Source: Veleropilina oligotropha | Taxonomy: Eukaryota | DNA: 64,000 nt | NCBI GenBank assembly: GCA_048128005.1 | Contig: JBEUKZ010000075.1 | Span: 1-64,000 of the forward strand | Direction: 5' to 3' | Part shown: positions 12,900 to 25,523 of the stretch, in pieces | How positions within the stretch are numbered: position 1 is the first letter of the stretch | How the letters are laid out: each line of letters begins with the position of its first letter | Translations under genes and position numbers: made by a program | The notes under the pieces: generated by a model | The model's input: the letters and a program-made list of their open reading frames with translations, nothing else | What the model was told of the DNA's origin: nothing | Database searches by the model: none

Positions 12900-14634
12900 G
12901 CAGGAGACCGGGCGCGTTCTCTGCTGGGTGGTGACGATGCTCGCCAACACCCACAAGGCTACAGCCGTCAAGAACACGTGGGTGGAAACGCTGTGATCAT
13001 TGTATAGGTTAGATGGCGGATTGGAGAGTCTTAGCAAAATAGGAGTCGAGCCCGTAGGGCGAGACTACTTTTTGATAAGAGTCTACAAGCTGCCGTCTAA
13101 CCGACTTAGAAGCTAATTTCATTTCTCCACACAAATTATTTATAATTATCTAATTTGTTAAACTATTTATGTTATCGAAACACATATTTATTACAAAATA
13201 ATTAGCTTTTTTACCAATATATCAAGAAGATCCATATTAACATTACAACCTGTCACCCCTATTCTTAATAATGGGTAAGGCATCGCAAACAATAGACCTG
13301 CAAAGTGCCGTCTTCAGCAATAATTGACGAGAAATACTGCTCTCTCATTGGCCGAGAAATGAAATTGGCTTCTAAATCTGTTTATCAGCAGCGAAACCAA
13401 TACATCATTCCCCACGACAGGTCTGAATGTCAGCGAAGGTAGAAGTCATTTAACTGCAAAGACAATGAAAGCATTCCTATATGTATACGAAAACTATTAC
13501 GACAAAGCCGATTGGTTTATGAAAGCAGACGACGATACGTATGTGATAGTTGAGAATCTGCGCTTCTTTTTGAGCCACCACAACGCGCCGCGACCTATTT
13601 ATTTTGGACACATTTCAAGATGCATGATATGAAGCATGATTATATGAGCGGGGGTGCAGGGTATGTCCTCAGTAAAGATGCCTTGCGACGAGCAGTCACG
13701 ATAGGCATGGATGTGCCTGAATAAAATCGGTGTGAAGGCCGGGCTCTCCTTCGACACTACCGGTCGACAGACATTTCACCCATTCACACTAATTTCTCAT
13801 TTAAGCGTCGGCTTCCCATCCTGGTACTTTAGGTATGCTGTTCACACAGTGCAAAGGGTGAGATATGTGAAGCATGGCTACAGTAAACTTTCTGCATGCA
13901 AAAATATGTATTTTAATATATGATTGCTCCTTTTATCCATATTTCTGACAGGCCGATTTCGGTTGTAGACTCCGAAAACTCACTGGATTGATTCCGCTGA
14001 TTTGTTCAGGTTATGAATAACAGTTGTCCTTAACTGGTCGGAGAGGACCGGGTTTCCCCGGGCGACCAGGCTTTCCTCTCGCGGTAACATGGAAATGTCC
14101 TACTTTGAACCTAGTGTTTGAAAAATACAGGACATTGATCATCGATCATTTTCTTTCCATATTTATGAAATATCAAGTCTAAGCAAAACAACCAGAACAG
14201 ATATTAGGTATATCCATTGCCTTCACTAATTATCAAAAGTCTGATGTTTACAGCTATATATCGGGGTACCACCTTGTATTATGTATCTGTAACTTGTTAT
14301 ACTTTTGTATTGTATTATGTGTCTGCGAACGTATATATATTATTTTCTTGGCTATATCTTTTTGCACATGGATCTTGTGCCAAAATAGAATTGTTAACTT
14401 ACATGCTTCAGAACGCAACAAATCGTTCTAAACAATAATGTGACCACTTCGTTTTACATTTTTCATGGCACCAGCGACTACGCCATTTCTTTTCATTACG
14501 TCGAACCTGAAAACATGTACGTCACGGACCACTTTCTGTATCATATACGCCCGATTGGTGTTACTCCTATAATTCCAAAAGACGCTTTCAATCAGGAAAC
14601 CACGCTTAACCAAACTTGGAACGAAAGACCATGA
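12900..14634 (+). pseudogene. C1GALT1: Core 1 beta-1,3-galactosyltransferase (GT31)-like pseudogene
   Basis: Manual translation: RVLCWVVT...AVKNTW (12914-12981); FISS...EGRSHLTAKTMKAFLYVYENYYDKADWFMKADDDTYVIVENLRFFL...PIYFGH (13381-13611); YMSGGAGYVLSKDALRR; CLNKIGVKAG...GRQTFHPF; SDYAISFHYVEPENMY...LYHIRPIG (~14473-14560). Disrupted by frameshifts, an internal deletion and a ~370-bp insertion (~13005-13377). Confidence 0.88.
14020..14150 (+). mobile_element. Dispersed SINE-like repeat (other copies ~17758-17895 and ~53580-53715)
   Basis: Shared motif acagttgtcc.taa.tgg..ggagagg.c..gtttccc...gataatatggacatgtcctgcttt in three places; the 53.6-kb copy has an upstream B-box GGTTCGAATC. Confidence 0.6.
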
Positions 14635-14849
14635 TGTTCGTAAACGACACAAAAGATATATTTATTTATACGAAGAGAGAACAGTTTAAAACATTTTTAT
14701 TTGTATGGTTTTTCTTTGGAAACATGCTCATTGAAATGTACGTTCTCGTTCATAACTACATTTACTAAATCTGAACATCCGCATCGATTAATGTACTTAT
14801 TTATAGTATTGTAAATAGTCGAACATTATTTTGGCCTTCGCTTTTACAA

Positions 14850-17200
14850 GTCGCTGAAGGACACTTTTGATAACATCTAGGGCTGGTGGGAAGAGAGCAA
14901 GGTTCGCATTGCCCGTCTCGCCAAGCCCATCTCCAAAGTGCGGCTAGTTTTCGCCGAAACAAGCGGCCTAGGTTGAGGCAGGGCGAAAGGATCTATTACC
15001 ACTCAAGAGCAATATCAAAGCCCAACTAGCCGAACTTCAGTCGATTGGTTACGAGAGGGCCAAGGTCCGATCTCGTGTACAGTGGCATTTGGAAGGAGAA
15101 GCCCACTAAATATTTATGCTGTCTTGAGCGCTATAAGGAGATAGGGCATTTATTTAGGTCCCTATCCTCTTCTGATGGCGCAATTATCATATCGCAGGAG
15201 GAGATACTGGGAATTGCCTATGACTTTTATTCAACCTTAATAAAGTCAGAGGGGGTTAACATGGATCCCATGTATTACCTTTATCTTTACATGAATCTTG
15301 TGACTCCCCTTTATCTTTCGAGGGGCTCGCATATCCAATAAAAGAAAGAATGCTGTTAAAGCACCGGGAATCGATGGCATCCCGGTAGAATTTTATCAGA
15401 ATTTCTGGCCTCTTATTGGGACATCTTTTATAGAAGTGTCTGATGCCATTTTTGCACAAGGTGTTATGTCACCCTCTATGTTGGGAGCTGTTCAGCTTCT
15501 TTACAAGAAGGCAGATAAGGTCGATTTGAACATTACTGGCGGCCTATCTTCCTTTTCTGTGCTGACTATGAAATTATTACCAAAGCCCTTACCTTGCATC
15601 TGGGGAAGGTTCTGACTATAAAATTATTACCAAAGCCCTTACCTTGCGCCTGGAGAAGGTTCTGAGAACAAGCATGCGCTGTCCATGGGCGTTCGATCCA
15701 TACTTGTCCGTGACCTCATAGAGATGGCGGACAGTGAGAATATTCCTTGTGGCACCCTAAGTCTCGATAACGAAAAGCCTTTGATCGCTTGGAATGGGAC
15801 TTTACTTATAAAGTCCTGGAAAATATGGACTTTGACACTAAATTTATAGGATTTATTAGGACCTGTTACAGTGGCTTTTCCAGTAACACAACCACATATC
15901 ATCAAACAATTTATAAAGTTACCTCTGCATTAGAGAGAAAGAAATCAGGTAGCGTTCGCCTAGACTAGTGGATTTCCTGAAGTCGTGAGATTCATAGATT
16001 GCACACACATTCGTGTAATAGGTCCCAAATATGACCAGCCCGATTAGGTCAACAGAAACATTTTCACAGCATAAATGTCCAGCTGGTATTCAACGCTGAC
16101 TATTACATAATTGACGTTGTTTCAAAATGGCCGGGATCAACTCACGACGCCAGGATGTTGATGGAAAGTGATTTGCGAACCTCATTCGAGATAAACATGT
16201 TGTCTGGCTGTCACCTTTTAGGCGACAGTGAATATCCATGCCTACGATGGCTCCTGACACCTTATTTGAGGCCTCAACCTGGTTCACAGAGCAACTACAG
16301 CATGTACATGTACATCTCCTTGCATCCGATTCCATCGTAGTTTATGTAAATAATAATCGTAAACATGTTTACTGTATAACTATTGAAGTCTAGTAGCTTT
16401 CTCGGTGTCAACTTTTGCAGCTGAATAGTCTTCCTTGGGGACAAGGTTTCTAAATATAACATGGATTTTCCATAGCCACGCTCCTAAGAATTTTCTAAGA
16501 ATTATTTTTACTCTTAGCTAAAATTTACTCTCAGAATTTGTTTAAGATAAAAGTTATTCTGAGAATGTTTATAAATCAACTTTTAAGTATTTTTCTTTGC
16601 TAAAAGTTATCTTAGCCACTCTGAGAGTAATTTTAAGAAAATTCTAAGATTCTTTATAAATACGGCCCCTGGTCATGGTCGTCAACATTCGTCCCTTGTC
16701 GCAGCTGTGGTACGCTGCCACAATTGTGCCGATGCTCCACTGTTGTTGACGAGGTCAACAGACTTGTTTTAAATTATATTTGGGAGGGAAAGAAGCAGTT
16801 GGTTTCTCAGACATCCTTCTTTGGGAGGTTGGGTTTAATCGATGTTAAATCCAATTGTACCTCCCTTCTCCTAAAGGATGTCTCACAACTATGTAATGGT
16901 GAGGTGACATGGGCGATTGGCCGAATTGCTCCTGGAGTGCATGCTTTTTGGTGATGCCCGACCACCTGGCATCACCAAGCTACCACCTGCTATTGTGACA
17001 ATGGCCGAAGTTTTGCACTTCATAGTTGCGGAGCACTCTGGACCAGAGTCATGCAGCTTTGTTGGAACCACTATGTGGTAACGATCGCATTCTTGATGAT
17101 CGTTGACGTCCTCTGTTCGTCTCCTTTGCGAGGGGAGTTATCATGACACACTTGCACTGCGATTCCGGACGACTGATTAACTTTGCCGATATAATGGTTT
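14850..17200 (+). mobile_element. Decayed Tx1/L1-clade non-LTR retrotransposon fragments, interrupted by a Harbinger fragment
   Basis: Broken-frame motifs GWWEESKVRI, EKPTKY, EEILGIAYDFYSTL, GIDGIPVEFYQNFWPL, WRPI, DYEIITKAL; later VNRLVLNYIWEGKK...LGLIDV. Confidence 0.65.
15870..16669 (+). mobile_element. PIF/Harbinger transposase remnant with its right end
   Basis: FPEVVRFIDCTHIRV, HSINVQLV, VVSKWPGSTHDARML, LLGDSEYPCLRWLLTPY are Harbinger DDE motifs; stops and frameshifts; ends ...ataaatacggcccc. Confidence 0.75.
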
Positions 17201-17284
17201 GAATATCTTGTCTACCCACACACCCAAATCTTTTTCTTTTGCCTCTACTTCTAAGGTTCCTTAACCATTTCATAATTATATGTA

Positions 17285-17745
17285 TTGTTGTTTAACCCAC
17301 ATGCACTATTTTACATTTACCAGTGTTGAAAAGCATTTACCAATCCTCAGACCACTTTATTTAAGTCACTTTTAAGATTCATTGCATCTTCTTCAGTTTC
17401 GATAATGACGTCATCAATATCTTTTAAATATATGAGATACAACAATGGGCCCAAAACAGAACCTTGTGGGACTCCACTTAATACCGGCTTCCACTTTGAC
17501 TTAATCCCATTTATTACAATCCTCTGTTTTCTATTTTCTAGCCACATACCTATCCAATTTAGTACTGGACCTTTAATGCCGTGGTCACTAGTCGTTTATT
17601 CGGTACTTTATTCAATGCCTTTCTGAAAAAGAAGATATATGATATCAAACTGGTTTGCCCTTGTCCATTGCAGTTGTTACATCTTAAAAATTTTCCAGTA
17701 AGTTGGTTAAACAAGATCTTTTCTCCCTACACCCATGCTGACTAA
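17285..17745 (-). mobile_element. CR1-type LINE reverse-transcriptase fragment
   Basis: WLENRKQRIVING...SGVPQGSVLGPLLYLIY; upstream RSCLTNLL motif; degenerate. Confidence 0.8.
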
Positions 17746-18240
17746 GGAATTATGAATCACAGTTGTCCGTAACTGGTCGGAGAGGGCGAGTTTCCCCTGA
17801 CGATCGGGCTTTCCTCCCGCGATAATATGGACATGTCCTGCTTTGAACCAAATGGTGGTTGGAAATATACAGTGATATTAAGCATCGATCATTTCCTGAC
17901 TAAGGTTTAGTAGGCCAAATTTATTTATGTGTTTTAAGATAGCATCCTTTAAGTTAGATTCCATTATTTTGTCTACTGCTGATGTTAGACGAAATCTGGC
18001 TCGTTTAGACGAGGCATTCATAGATGACATTTTTAAGATGGCACTGGGAGAGGACATAAACTATGATAAGACAGTTCGACTCGGCAAGACGACAGAAAGC
18101 AGAAAATAACGAGAAGCTAAGGATGTCTATGACAGAAATATGCGGTCAAACAAGCGCCAACCACGTTCTCATCACTGGAGACCTTAACACATCAGACATT
18201 GACTGGTCAGACGATACAACCCCTTCTGATATCCACAATT

Positions 18241-19038
18241 AAGCAATATATAAATTAAGAAGATCACTTCCAATAAGATTGTTACCAATGATATATTCAA
18301 GCCTAATATTGCCATATTTGCAATATTGCACAATTGTGTGGGCAAGCACTTATAAAACAAGATTACATAAATTGTTTTTATTACAAAAACGTGCAATAAG
18401 AATAATATCGTCTGCTGGTTATTTGGAACATTCCTTGCCTTTATTTCTGAATCTTCGACAGTTAACTATTTACGATATACATAAATTTCAAGTGGCAACT
18501 TTCATGTTTAAATTTCATATAAACAAACTACCAGTATCATTTTCCAACTTTTTTACGTTAAATTCAGATATACACAATTATAACACAAGAAATAAAAGTA
18601 ACTATCATATTGCAATATGTCGCACTACATCACGATTTTATGCATTGAAATATCTTGGAGCTCGCCTCTGGAACTCCATCAACATGACACTAAAGAATTC
18701 CCAATCATTATCACAATTTAAAACACAATACAAAAATATCCTGCTGAATGGTTATCAATAAGTAGAAATTAAGATAGCCTAAAATTAGATAGCATAAATA
18801 ACAAATTGAATATCTAATGCAATCAAAGACATTATTTTTTAAGCAAAACTGGGTGGTCTGACAATAAGCCCTTTGGGGTTTCCACATGATCTCCCAACCA
18901 CAAATTCATTTATAAAAGCATTGTATTGAAACGGTACTTTTTATTACATCTATCATGTATATATTTTGTAATATACAATTGTTTTTATCAAACATGTATT
19001 CTGTATTATCGTGGTAAAATAAATTTGATTGATTTGAA
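18241..19038 (+). mobile_element. 3' fragment of an L2/CR1-group LINE, related to the 19588-23200 element
   Basis: ORF 18279-18761 is similar to the C-terminus of 19722-21677 (YSSLILPYLQYCTIVWASTYKTRL); ends AATAAA followed by ttga repeats. Confidence 0.85.
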
Positions 19039-19721
19039 TGCATCAGGGATTCGCACCTCACACAGCATGTCACATCCCCAACCCACTACAGACCTAACAC
19101 CAACCGGAATGTATTGGATCTTATCTTGACGAATGAATCCGACATGATACCAAACATAGACTACCTACCATCACTTGGAAAGAGTGACCACGTCACACTG
19201 ATGTTCGACTTCAAATGCTACACAGAAGAGATGCAAGGAGGAAGACAAATGCTGCTGTATGACAAAAGAAATTATGAGGACGTAAGAAAGGACACAGCTG
19301 ACATCAACTGGGAAACCCTGCTGAGAGGCAAAACTGTGGAATAGGCTTGGAGTAGTTTCACTGATACGTTTAAAAGGCTCATTAACAAGCACATCCCGGC
19401 GTCAAAAGGGGGAGCATTAAAGAAACGCAGGAAACCACTATGGATGAACAGTAGTGCCCTATCCAAAAGGAAAAAGAAACAGCACGCATTTCGGAGATAT
19501 CTGGAGATACTACAGTCAGTTGCACAAGCATTAAATCAATCAAATTGGGCCTGCCGGGAGGCGCTCAGGAATTTCGAGAGAAATAATCATGGGATGATAT
19601 TGAAAATGAACAGGATGTAAACAATGCTTACGCCAATTTTAATACAAAATATAAATACTTATATGATAAAGCATTTCCATTAAATAAAGTTAGTGTTAAA
19701 GAAATAAACAACAAACCATGG

Positions 19722-21677
19722 TTGACCCCTGGCTTAATTCGATCCTGTAACAGAAAAAACAAGTTATACAAAACATTTCTTCAAAGACCTTCTGACAAAT
19801 CAGAACATAAATATAAATCATACAGAAATAAACTAAATCACTTATTAAAAACTGAAAAGAAAAAATATTATGCTAACCAATTAATGAGTACAAAAGATAG
19901 CTTAAAACAAACATGGCACATAATAAAATCCGTTATAAATAAAAAGTCCAATAAATCAAGCTTACCCAGTGAATTTACACACAATGACACTAAAATAGCT
20001 GGCGATCACTGCATTGCTGAACATTTTAATAAATATTTCATAAACATAGGTCCCCAGTTAGCCAAAAAAATACCTAATGTTACTAATAGATATCAAGATT
20101 ATTTGAAGGGTGATTATCCTAATTCTCTTTTCTTTTTACCCGTGGATGAAAAAGAAATTATTTCCATCATTTCTAACTTGAAGACTAGCAATAGTTGTGG
20201 CTACGACGACCTGACGTCTAAAATCATTAAACAAACCGCTAACACTATCATTTACCCACTAATATCGATTATAAACAAATCATTAGAATCTGGAGTAGTT
20301 CCTGACTTACTGAAGATTGCGAAAATTATTCCGGTCTTTAAAACTGGTGATCCGTCATTTTTTACAAATTATAGACCGATATCCTTACTTCCAATATTTT
20401 CTAAGATATTAGAGAAAGTAATATATAATCGACTATTAAGTTACATAAAAAAAAATAACATCCTATATAATAGACAATATGGTTTTCGGGAAAAACATTC
20501 AACATCATTAGCTCTAATAGATCTTATAACTGAAATTTCACAAGCGATAGACAATAAAGAATACACAATGGGCATATTTATTGATCTTTCCAAGGCATTT
20601 GACACTGTTTATCATGAAATTTTGTTAAAAAAATTACAATTTTACGGTGTACGTGGAGTATCTCTTAGTTGGTTTCAAAATTATTTATATACCAGGAAAC
20701 AATACGTCTCCATTAATTCTTCAGAGTCTAATATGAATATAATTTCATGCGGAGTTCCCCAAGGGTCTATCTTGGGGCCACTTCTTTTTATTATATATAT
20801 AAATGATCTGAATAATACATCTTTAATACTAAACTTTATTCTATTTGCCGACGACACAACCATATTTTATAAACACAAAAATTACCAAACTATGATAACT
20901 ACGGTAAATGAAGAACTTAAGAAAGTATCTATTTGGTTCAAAGTCAACAAACTATCTCTAAATATAAAGAAAACAAATTTAATCATATTCACATGCAACA
21001 AAAGATATACTCCAAGCGAAGCGCCTATACAAATTGATCACCTCATTGTGACACGCGTTAAGAGTACTAAATTTTTGGGCGTAATAATTGATGAAAGTTT
21101 AAATTGGAGCATTCATATAACAAACATTGAAGGTAAAATATCAAAAAGCATAGGTGTACTTTATAAACTAAAGCACTCCTTACCTTCATATATATTGCCA
21201 ATGCTGTATTCAACTTTAATATTGCCGTATTTTCAATACTGCACAGTTGTGTGGGCGAGCACTTACAAAACAAGATTAGTTAAATTACATCTTCTTCAAA
21301 AGAAAGCTATAAGGCTGGCAACGTCATCTTCGTTTCAAGATCACTCATTACCTTTGTTTTATCGCCTTTACCAACTAAACTTGTTTGATATTCATAAATT
21401 ACAAATTGGAACGTTTATGTTCAAATTTCACTCACACGATTTACCCCTGTCATTTAATAACTTTATTACAACAAATTCTGAAATACATTCTTACAATACT
21501 CGAAATGTAAAAAATTATCATCTATATTCTTGCAGATCAAACACTGGTATGTTTTCACTTAAACACAGCGGACCCCGTCTCTGGAATGAATTAGAAACCA
21601 CACTGAAGCAGTCAAACTCAATAGGACATTTCAAGTCAACTTATAAGTCCAATCTGATCAATGCATATATCGCTTAA
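19722..21677 (+). CDS. Non-LTR retrotransposon reverse transcriptase (ORF2, endonuclease region missing)
   Basis: NYRPISLLP, QYGFR, FIDLSKAFD, GVPQGSILGPLLF, FADDT, KFLGV motifs in a 651-aa open frame. Confidence 0.93.
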   Translation: MTPGLIRSCNRKNKLYKTFLQRPSDKSEHKYKSYRNKLNHLLKTEKKKYYANQLMSTKDSLKQTWHIIKSVINKKSNKSSLPSEFTHNDTKIAGDHCIAEHFNKYFINIGPQLAKKIPNVTNRYQDYLKGDYPNSLFFLPVDEKEIISIISNLKTSNSCGYDDLTSKIIKQTANTIIYPLISIINKSLESGVVPDLLKIAKIIPVFKTGDPSFFTNYRPISLLPIFSKILEKVIYNRLLSYIKKNNILYNRQYGFREKHSTSLALIDLITEISQAIDNKEYTMGIFIDLSKAFDTVYHEILLKKLQFYGVRGVSLSWFQNYLYTRKQYVSINSSESNMNIISCGVPQGSILGPLLFIIYINDLNNTSLILNFILFADDTTIFYKHKNYQTMITTVNEELKKVSIWFKVNKLSLNIKKTNLIIFTCNKRYTPSEAPIQIDHLIVTRVKSTKFLGVIIDESLNWSIHITNIEGKISKSIGVLYKLKHSLPSYILPMLYSTLILPYFQYCTVVWASTYKTRLVKLHLLQKKAIRLATSSSFQDHSLPLFYRLYQLNLFDIHKLQIGTFMFKFHSHDLPLSFNNFITTNSEIHSYNTRNVKNYHLYSCRSNTGMFSLKHSGPRLWNELETTLKQSNSIGHFKSTYKSNLINAYIA

Positions 21678-21725
21678 TTCCCAGATATTCTCATTTAGTT
21701 AAATTTTGATTATAATTATATAATA

Positions 21726-22866
<1,141 letters not shown>

Positions 22867-23360
22867 ACATATGTATGTATGTGTATGTGTGTGTATAGAT
22901 GTATATATGTATATATATGTATACTATTTTTTACTTTACCCTGGGTGGCCTACTAATAAGCTCTACAAGGCTTCAATCAGGTCTCCCAGCCATAGCATCA
23001 ATTTTTCTTTATAATTATTATACACCATTGTTCTTATTAGCATCCTATTTGTATATATTGTGCTTTGTAATATATCATGTTATATACACACGTATTTATA
23101 TTTCTACCCTGTAACCAATCTGTATAGGTAACTTTATATTACATTGCATGTATCAAACTTTTATAATGCTATGGCTAATAAACTAGTTTATTATTATTAA
23201 AAATAATGCAACGGAATCCAAGACAAACCCGAAAGACTTTTTCGCTTACGCAAGAAGCAAGATGAAAACTAGAGATAACATTGGGGATCTAGAGAAGGAA
23301 GAAGGGGGAGAGGCCACGACAAGTGAAGATAAAGCAGAAGTTTTGAACCGGTTCTGCAGC

Positions 23361-23565
23361 AGCAGCAGCAGCAGGGGGGGGGGGGTGAATGCACTTTTTA
23401 GAATGGGAAAATACGGCTCCCAGCCCTATTTCAGAACTCAGGGTAGCTCGGACTAGTCAGCAGGGGAGTTTAGACTAGGGCCCCGGGGCCCGCTGTGGAG
23501 GCTCCCAGCACCCTTTCAGAACCGAGGGTAGGGATTGTATTACAAAAAGTTACCGTGTGTACAGA
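23361..23565 (+). repeat. Left TIR of the endogenous virus
   Basis: Apart from AGC and G-run copy number, identical to the reverse complement of 38837-38985 up to 23520, then imperfect to ~23565. Confidence 0.95.
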
Positions 23566-24379
23566 CAGCGCACTACCCCAGCCGGGCCTGGTGTATGTTT
23601 GTATCCGTGTCGAGAACTGTCTAGACTGTCGGCGGACAGGCTCTGTGATATTCGGGCTTGATATCTTGGTGTCTATTCTAGAATCATCGCGTCTATTCTA
23701 GATCATTCTAGAAGCTGTATTGCCGCGTGACGGATGAGTCTAAGAATAGAATACTGTAACCACGTAAACAAGGTTACAAGAAAAAATTTTCTGTGCTAAA
23801 CGGAAGTGTGGTTACAAGAAAAAATTTTCTGGGTCAATCTTTCTTCACTAAGCCAAATCTTTTTATATCTGGGTCGACTCGGCGGCTGTCGCAGCTGTGC
23901 GAGGTATTTCATTCATAAATCGGACAATGGATCGACCTGCACGCGCCGAAGCAGCCAGACAGCATTTCTATAGTACACAGATATAGCGTGTCATGCTTTT
24001 AACGACTGTTGCCATTCATAAATCGGGCACGAATGAACCAACAGTAGATGGCTGACTGGGATATTAATATTATTATTTAATACATTGATGTCTCTCCTAG
24101 TGTAGCTCTAAGCGCAGTACAAACTATAACTAATATTACAGTACAATGTACACAAGAATATACAGGAGAGACATCAATGATACATACTATGAATGCACTA
24201 AGCAATAATAATAATAAACAGAATATTTTTTTCGAGTTTTTCAATTTTATCTTTTTTTTTTACAAGCGCAATCAGACAAAGAGGTGAAGCAGCCCCTGCG
24301 TGAACTTCAACCAACTTTGAATGGTACAATATACGCAGGGGAAAGCCGGAAAAATATATTTTAATGCAGGAGCAGCTGT

Positions 24380-24805
24380 TTATATGAATATATAGTTACC
24401 GCTTGCTAGACTGCAATTGCAGGACGAGATGTGCCCGATCTGATTCCACGAACCCCTGCAGTCGGTAGACAGCATCGAAAAGTACTGCCCATGCTTCCCG
24501 CGACATAAGGACGGCTCGGCGCATTCGATGCATACAACAGTATTGGGATCTGGGCCACAGTAATTCTCTCCGATAATAAAATAGTGGCATGACGGTGGGG
24601 CGACATCAGGGGTGGGGTCTCCCGGGCGAAGAAGCAAGTTTCTACGCAAGGGGTCAAATCGGGCGTTATACCTGGGATGATTTCGGTACCTAGCCCACGT
24701 ATGTTCCAGAATTAATGCAGTGTTGTGTGTCGACGTCTGGGTGGAGACACCCCCTAGCCAGCACACCGCGACAATGCACAGTAGCATAGATTTCATGGAT
24801 TTCAT
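24380..24805 (-). CDS. Secreted cysteine-rich protein (possible cystine-knot cytokine-like fold)
   Basis: Signal-peptide-like MKSMLLCIVAVCWLGGVST; 8 Cys in the mature part ending in CxC; TATTAAA about 32 nt upstream of the ATG. Confidence 0.65.
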   Translation of the reverse strand: MKSMKSMLLCIVAVCWLGGVSTQTSTHNTALILEHTWARYRNHPRYNARFDPLRRNLLLRPGDPTPDVAPPSCHYFIIGENYCGPDPNTVVCIECAEPSLCRGKHGQYFSMLSTDCRGSWNQIGHISSCNCSLASGNYIFI

Positions 24806-24887
24806 GGTTGTCCAGATATCACTGTCGATTTCTAGCTTTAATACGGGGGAGGAGGGGGGTAGTCGTGGCTATGCTCAACCTGGATAG

Positions 24888-25523
24888 TTAGTCGCCAGCT
24901 CCGCTTTTTTTCAGCAGCTCTGCGCGACCCTCTAAACGACCACGCTCAATAAGCTCGCTTTGGGTCTGTGAAATCGCGGTGTGCGCGGTCCTACTCTTAT
25001 CCCGAATTGATGCCTTCATGGCTTGGTATTTCTCCATCTCCCCTGTGACCAGTTGGAATTCATCATCAGACATCACCCCGTCCGCTAAGGCCTTTGAGAC
25101 GTGGTCGGTTATGGTGTTCAGCTTACTGTCGGCCAGGACTCGAATCTCGTCGTGTTTCTTAGCCTTAACCCCGAGGCGTCGGCTGATATATTTCCCACCC
25201 ATACTGGCGAGCCCACACCCTAATGCCGCTAATTCCAGCACTAGGACAACAGGTGCGGCAACGATTGTGGAAAGTAGACCAATTCCAGCGCTACCCATAC
25301 CAAGTGTGGCGACGACTAGCCCGTTATCTATCCCGTCAACGACGTTAACACCTCGTCGGTACTTTTTATATAATGCAGCTCTTGTGTCTCTCTCTCGTTC
25401 TAACTGTCCCTGAAGCTCATTCACTTTTTGCAGTCGGAAAGACTGTGCCTCATGCAGTTCCGAAGGCACATCGCCACCAAGCTGTGGATACAGCGTTGGC
25501 GCTGATGGCTTACTGTCCATCAT
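24888..25523 (-). CDS. Viral membrane protein with PSAP and LYPxL motifs
   Basis: PSAPTLYPQL N-terminus, coiled coil, hydrophobic hairpin (LVVATLG...LAALGCGL), ALADGVMSDDEF C-terminal motif. Confidence 0.8.
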   Translation of the reverse strand: MMDSKPSAPTLYPQLGGDVPSELHEAQSFRLQKVNELQGQLERERDTRAALYKKYRRGVNVVDGIDNGLVVATLGMGSAGIGLLSTIVAAPVVLVLELAALGCGLASMGGKYISRRLGVKAKKHDEIRVLADSKLNTITDHVSKALADGVMSDDEFQLVTGEMEKYQAMKASIRDKSRTAHTAISQTQSELIERGRLEGRAELLKKSGAGD

